NCBI GenBank assembly: GCA_036378695.1
Contig: DASUVY010000046.1
Coordinates: 489 to 64,488 of the forward strand
Length of the DNA stretch: 64,000 bases
Direction: 5' to 3'
Source of the DNA: Candidatus Dormiibacterota bacterium
GTDB taxonomy: Bacteria > Chloroflexota > Dormibacteria > Dormibacterales > Dormibacteraceae
The translations under genes were made by a program, and so were the position numbers. Below the pieces are notes generated by a model. The model was not told where the DNA came from. It worked only from the letters and a program-made list of their open reading frames with translations, and did no database searches. Below are positions 60,518-64,000 of this stretch, piece by piece; the first letter of the stretch is position 1, and every line of letters begins with the position of its first letter.

Positions 60518-63006
60518 TGCCTGCGTACGACATCGCGATCGTGGGCGGAGGCCCCGGCGGCTACACCGCGGCCATCCGCGCCGCCCAGCTGGGCGCCAAG
60601 ACCGCGATCGTGGAGAAGGACCGCCTGGGCGGCACCTGCGTGGTCCGCGGCTGCATTCCGACCAAGGCCATGCTGCAGTCGAGCGAGCTCTTCGCCACGA
60701 TCGCGAGCCAGGGCGCGACGCTGGGCGTGGTCGCGGACAAGCTGAGCTTCGACTACGCCGCCGCGCAGAAGCGCCAGCGCGACATCGTCGACTCGTTGGT
60801 GAAGGGCGTGGAGACGCTGATGAAGTCCAATGGCATCGACTACCTGCGCGGCACCGGGGTGCTCGCCAAGCGCGGCAAGGTCGCCGTGAACGGCCAGGAG
60901 ATCAGCGCGCGGGACATCGTGATCGCGACGGGGTCGGCGGCCTCCAAGATCCCCATTCCCGGCGTCGAGCTGACCATCAACTCCGACCAGATCCTGGAGC
61001 TGCCGGAGGCGCCCAAGCGCCTGGCCGTGATCGGCGGCGGCGTGGTGGGCATGGAATGGGGCGCCCTCTTCGCCAGCCTGGGCACCGAGGTCACGGTGCT
61101 GGAGGCGCTGCCCCAGATCCTGCCCATGATCGAGGGCGACCTGGTGCAGCTCTACCGCCGGCACTTCGAGAAGATGGGCGGCCGCGTGCACACGCAAGCC
61201 AAGGTCTCCGAGGTCGCGAAGGCGAAGGGTGGGCTCAGCGTTCGCTACGAGGCCGAGGGCGAGGGCATGGCCGTGGATGCCGACGTGGTGCTGCTGGCCA
61301 CCGGGCGCGTGCCCTTCACAGAAAAGCTGGGGCTCGAGAGCGCCGGCGTGCAGACGCAAAAGGGGCGCGTCATGGTGGACGAGCACCTGCGCACCAACGT
61401 CGACGGCGTGTGGGCCGTCGGCGACGTGATCGGGGGCATCATGCTCGCGCACGTCGCCATGTACGAGGGCGTGTGCGCGGTGGAGAACATCGCGGGCGAG
61501 GGCGAGCCGCGCGTGCCCGACTATCACGCCACCCCTAACTGCATCTACACCGATCCCGAGATCGCCAACGTGGGCCTCGGCGAGGCCGCGGCCAAAGACG
61601 CCGGCTATGAGGTCAACGTGGGCCGGTTTCCGCTGGCCGCGTCAGGCCGCGCCAAGACGCTGGGCCAGACCGACGGCGCCGTGAAGGTGGTCTCGGACGC
61701 GCGCACCGGCGTCGTGCTCGGCGTGCAGATGGTGGGGCCGCACGCCAGCGACGTGATCGCCGAGGCCACGCTGGCAGTTCAGTACAAGCACACCGTCCAG
61801 GAGCTCGACCTCACCATGCACGCCCACCCCACCATGGCCGAGCCGCTCCTGCAGGCGGCGCTGGCCTCCCAAGGTCGGGCCATCGAGATCCCCAACCGGA
61901 GAGCGAAGCCGCCGGAGGAAAATGTGGCCGTGGCCCGGCGCGTGGAACCCAAGCAGCCCTCCGCCAAGGCGCGCGTGACCAACGGCGAGGGGCCGATGGT
62001 GGCCGTCAAGGACCCCGAGGGCGTCAAGCTCGACAAGGCGCACAAGCAGGAGCTGCTCGGCCTGTACCGGCTCATGTTCCTGATCCGGCGCTTCGAGGAG
62101 CGCGCCCAGGTCGAGTACACGCGGGCCAAGATCGGGGGCTACTGCCACCTCAACCTGGGTGAGGAGGCGACCGTGGTCGGCGGGATCGTGCCGCTGCACG
62201 CCGGCGACTACATCTACACCAGCTATCGCGAGCACGGCCATGCCATCGCGCGTGGCGTCGACCCCAAGGCGGTGATGGCCGAGCTGTTCGGCCGCGAGAC
62301 GGGCGTCGCGCACGGCCGCGGCGGCTCGATGCACATCTTCGACTACAGCCACCGCTTCATGGGCGGCTACGGCATCGTCGGCGGCCACCTGCCGCTGGCC
62401 ACGGGCGCGGGTTTCTCCATCCGCTACCGAAAGGGCAAGGACATCGTCTTCTGCATGTTCGGCGATGGCGCGGTCAACATCGGCGCCTTCCACGAGTCGC
62501 TCAACTTCTCGAAGGTCATGAAGCTGCCGATCGTCTGGTTCTGCGTCAACAACCAGTACGGCATGGGCACGCCGGTGGCCAAGGCTTCGGCGGTGGCGGA
62601 GATCTACAAACGCGCCTGCGCCTATGACATCGAGTCCATCCGTGTCGACGGCATGGACGTGCTCGAGGTCATGCGGCGCACCCACGAGGTGATCGAGAAA
62701 ACTCGCGCAGATTCCGAGCCGCGCTTCATCGAAGCCGTCAACTACCGGTTCAAGGGCCACTCCGTCGTCGACCCCGACAAGTACCGCTCCGAGGAAGAGA
62801 AGGAGAAGTGGCGCAAGGGCGACCCGGTTGTGCGTTTCGAGCACGAGCTGGAGAAGGCCAAGGTCGCGACCGAGGAGGAGCTCAAGGAGGTTCGCAACCA
62901 GGTCGAGACCGAGGTCGACGAGATCGTGAAGTTCGCCGACGAGAGCCCGGAGCCGCCGGTCAAGGAGCTCTATCGCTTCCTGTACGCGGACAACGGCCAT
63001 GGCTGA
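60517..63006 (+). CDS. lpdA: Single ORF encoding dihydrolipoyl dehydrogenase (E3) fused in frame to 2-oxoacid dehydrogenase E1 alpha subunit
   Basis: Residues 1 to about 460 carry GGGPGGY, GGTCVVRGCIPTK and HAHPT. After a linker of about 30 aa comes an E1-alpha TPP domain (YREHGH, GDGAVNIG...NNQYG). No stop codon lies between the two. Confidence 0.85.
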   Translation: MPAYDIAIVGGGPGGYTAAIRAAQLGAKTAIVEKDRLGGTCVVRGCIPTKAMLQSSELFATIASQGATLGVVADKLSFDYAAAQKRQRDIVDSLVKGVETLMKSNGIDYLRGTGVLAKRGKVAVNGQEISARDIVIATGSAASKIPIPGVELTINSDQILELPEAPKRLAVIGGGVVGMEWGALFASLGTEVTVLEALPQILPMIEGDLVQLYRRHFEKMGGRVHTQAKVSEVAKAKGGLSVRYEAEGEGMAVDADVVLLATGRVPFTEKLGLESAGVQTQKGRVMVDEHLRTNVDGVWAVGDVIGGIMLAHVAMYEGVCAVENIAGEGEPRVPDYHATPNCIYTDPEIANVGLGEAAAKDAGYEVNVGRFPLAASGRAKTLGQTDGAVKVVSDARTGVVLGVQMVGPHASDVIAEATLAVQYKHTVQELDLTMHAHPTMAEPLLQAALASQGRAIEIPNRRAKPPEENVAVARRVEPKQPSAKARVTNGEGPMVAVKDPEGVKLDKAHKQELLGLYRLMFLIRRFEERAQVEYTRAKIGGYCHLNLGEEATVVGGIVPLHAGDYIYTSYREHGHAIARGVDPKAVMAELFGRETGVAHGRGGSMHIFDYSHRFMGGYGIVGGHLPLATGAGFSIRYRKGKDIVFCMFGDGAVNIGAFHESLNFSKVMKLPIVWFCVNNQYGMGTPVAKASAVAEIYKRACAYDIESIRVDGMDVLEVMRRTHEVIEKTRADSEPRFIEAVNYRFKGHSVVDPDKYRSEEEKEKWRKGDPVVRFEHELEKAKVATEEELKEVRNQVETEVDEIVKFADESPEPPVKELYRFLYADNGHG

Positions 63007-63994
63007 GAAGCTCTTCCGCGCCGCCCTGCGCGAGGCCCTCGACGAGGAGATGGAGCGCGACGACTCGATCTATCTGATCGGCGAGGACATCGGCAAGTTC
63101 GGCGGCGCCTACCGCGTCACCGACGGGCTGCTCGACAAGTACGGAGAGATGCGCGTGGTCGACGCGCCCATCGCCGAAGAGGTGATCGTGGGCTGCGCCA
63201 TCGGCTCGGCGATGACCGGGCTGCGCCCGGTGGTCGAGCTGATGACCATCAACTTCTCGCTGGTCGCGTTCGACCAGATCGTCCAGAACGCGGCCAAGAT
63301 CCGCTACATGTTCGGCGGCGAGGTCGGCGTCCCGATGGTGATCCGGATGCCCGGCGGCGCGGGCCATCAGCTTTCCTCGCAGCACTCGCACAGCTTTGAG
63401 GTGCTGTATGGGATGATCCCCGGCCTGATCGTGCTGGCGCCGACCACGCCCGAAGACGCCAAGGGCATGCTCAAGACCGCCATCCGTGACGAGAACCCGG
63501 TGATGTTCCTGGAGTCGATGAGCCTCTACAACCTGCGTGGCGAGGTTCCCGACGGCGATTACACGGTGCCGATCGGAAAGGCCGCCCTGCGCCGGCAGGG
63601 CTCCGACGTGACGATCGTGGCGGTCTCCCGGCAGGCGGTGCTGGCCGGGGTGGCGGCGGAAAAGCTGGAGGAGGAGGACGTCGACGCCGAGGTGATCGAC
63701 CTGCGCTCGATCCGCCCGCTCGACTGGGACACCATCACCCGCTCCGTGCGCAAGACCAACCGGCTGCTGGTGGTGGAGGAGGGCTGGCCGACCTACGGCG
63801 TGGGCGCCGAGATCACGGCGGGCGTGCAGGAGCGCTGCTTCGACGACCTGGACGCGCCCATCCTGCGCCTCGGCGGCGCCGAGGTGCCGATGCCCTACAA
63901 CCAGAACCTCGAGAAGGCCGCCATCCCCTCGGCCGACGACATCGTGCGCATGGCGCTCAAGACCATCGGCCGCAACGGCCGGGGAGCCGCCTAG
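62999..63994 (+). CDS. pdhB: 2-oxoacid (pyruvate) dehydrogenase E1 component beta subunit
   Basis: Typical E1-beta sequence, 331 aa (LIGEDIGKFGGAYRVT, PIAEE). 8-nt overlap with the upstream ORF. Confidence 0.92.
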   Translation: MAEKLFRAALREALDEEMERDDSIYLIGEDIGKFGGAYRVTDGLLDKYGEMRVVDAPIAEEVIVGCAIGSAMTGLRPVVELMTINFSLVAFDQIVQNAAKIRYMFGGEVGVPMVIRMPGGAGHQLSSQHSHSFEVLYGMIPGLIVLAPTTPEDAKGMLKTAIRDENPVMFLESMSLYNLRGEVPDGDYTVPIGKAALRRQGSDVTIVAVSRQAVLAGVAAEKLEEEDVDAEVIDLRSIRPLDWDTITRSVRKTNRLLVVEEGWPTYGVGAEITAGVQERCFDDLDAPILRLGGAEVPMPYNQNLEKAAIPSADDIVRMALKTIGRNGRGAA

Positions 63995-64000
63995 CCGTGC

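Noticed and set aside
1-64000. Search for tRNA, rRNA, tmRNA, transposase, integrase, restriction-modification, toxin-antitoxin pairs or known defence-system genes
   Set aside because: I recognised none in the intergenic regions or the ORF translations. Absence is by eye only, and tRNAscan, Infernal and defence-system HMM scans would be needed to be certain.

Overview
Very GC-rich, densely packed bacterial chromosomal window with about 65 protein genes. I found no rRNA, tRNA, CRISPR array, transposase or integrase by eye.

Most of the window is conserved housekeeping synteny:
- secD (5' truncated)-secF
- rimP-nusA-ylxR-infB-rbfA-nrnA-truB-ribF
- a GlpB-like / FAD-oxidase / DAG-kinase-like trio, then ggt
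- rpsO-pnp
- APC permease plus copper amine oxidase (minus strand)
- dapB-asd-dapA-udg
- rnj and ftsK
- a RodZ-like gene, then a pgsA::cinA(PncC) fusion, recA-recX-rny-ymdB-spoVS-miaB-mutS-mutL-miaA-hflX, a dapC-like gene and dapD
- lexA, divergent from a yneA-like LysM gene
- a compositionally atypical patch at about 46.9-49.1 kb
- an acyl-CoA dehydrogenase / TetR / methyltransferase unit
- a 10-gene gap-free minus-strand operon (thiS-like to panE)
- nadE, then an in-frame lpd::pdhA fusion and pdhB

RNase Y plus RNase J, ymdB, spoVS, mutS/mutL and GAAC-N4-GTTC LexA boxes argue for a GC-rich non-actinobacterial lineage (Chloroflexota-like or a related candidate phylum). I cannot place it without a database search.

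Items most worth a second look:
1. A perfect LexA box inside a recA-style promoter drives an orphan 126-aa protein. It sits next to an atypical-composition patch with an XRE gene, tandem hairpin repeats, a small hydrophobic ORF and a Cys-rich orphan ORF.
2. Several conserved genes have N-termini that extend upstream of any ATG/GTG/TTG. They begin at CTG or ATA codons in 4-nt overlap with the upstream stop (CTGA twice, ATAA, ATAG).
3. Two families of structured or palindromic intergenic repeats are present, plus an 18-bp long-range inverted repeat that brackets the whole truB-ribF spacer.
4. There are three unusual gene fusions or splits: Lpd-E1alpha, PgsA-PncC and a split TauE.

All product calls come from motif and family recognition in the supplied translations. 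No searches were run. Many long ORFs in the six-frame track are GC-driven shadow ORFs and were ignored.
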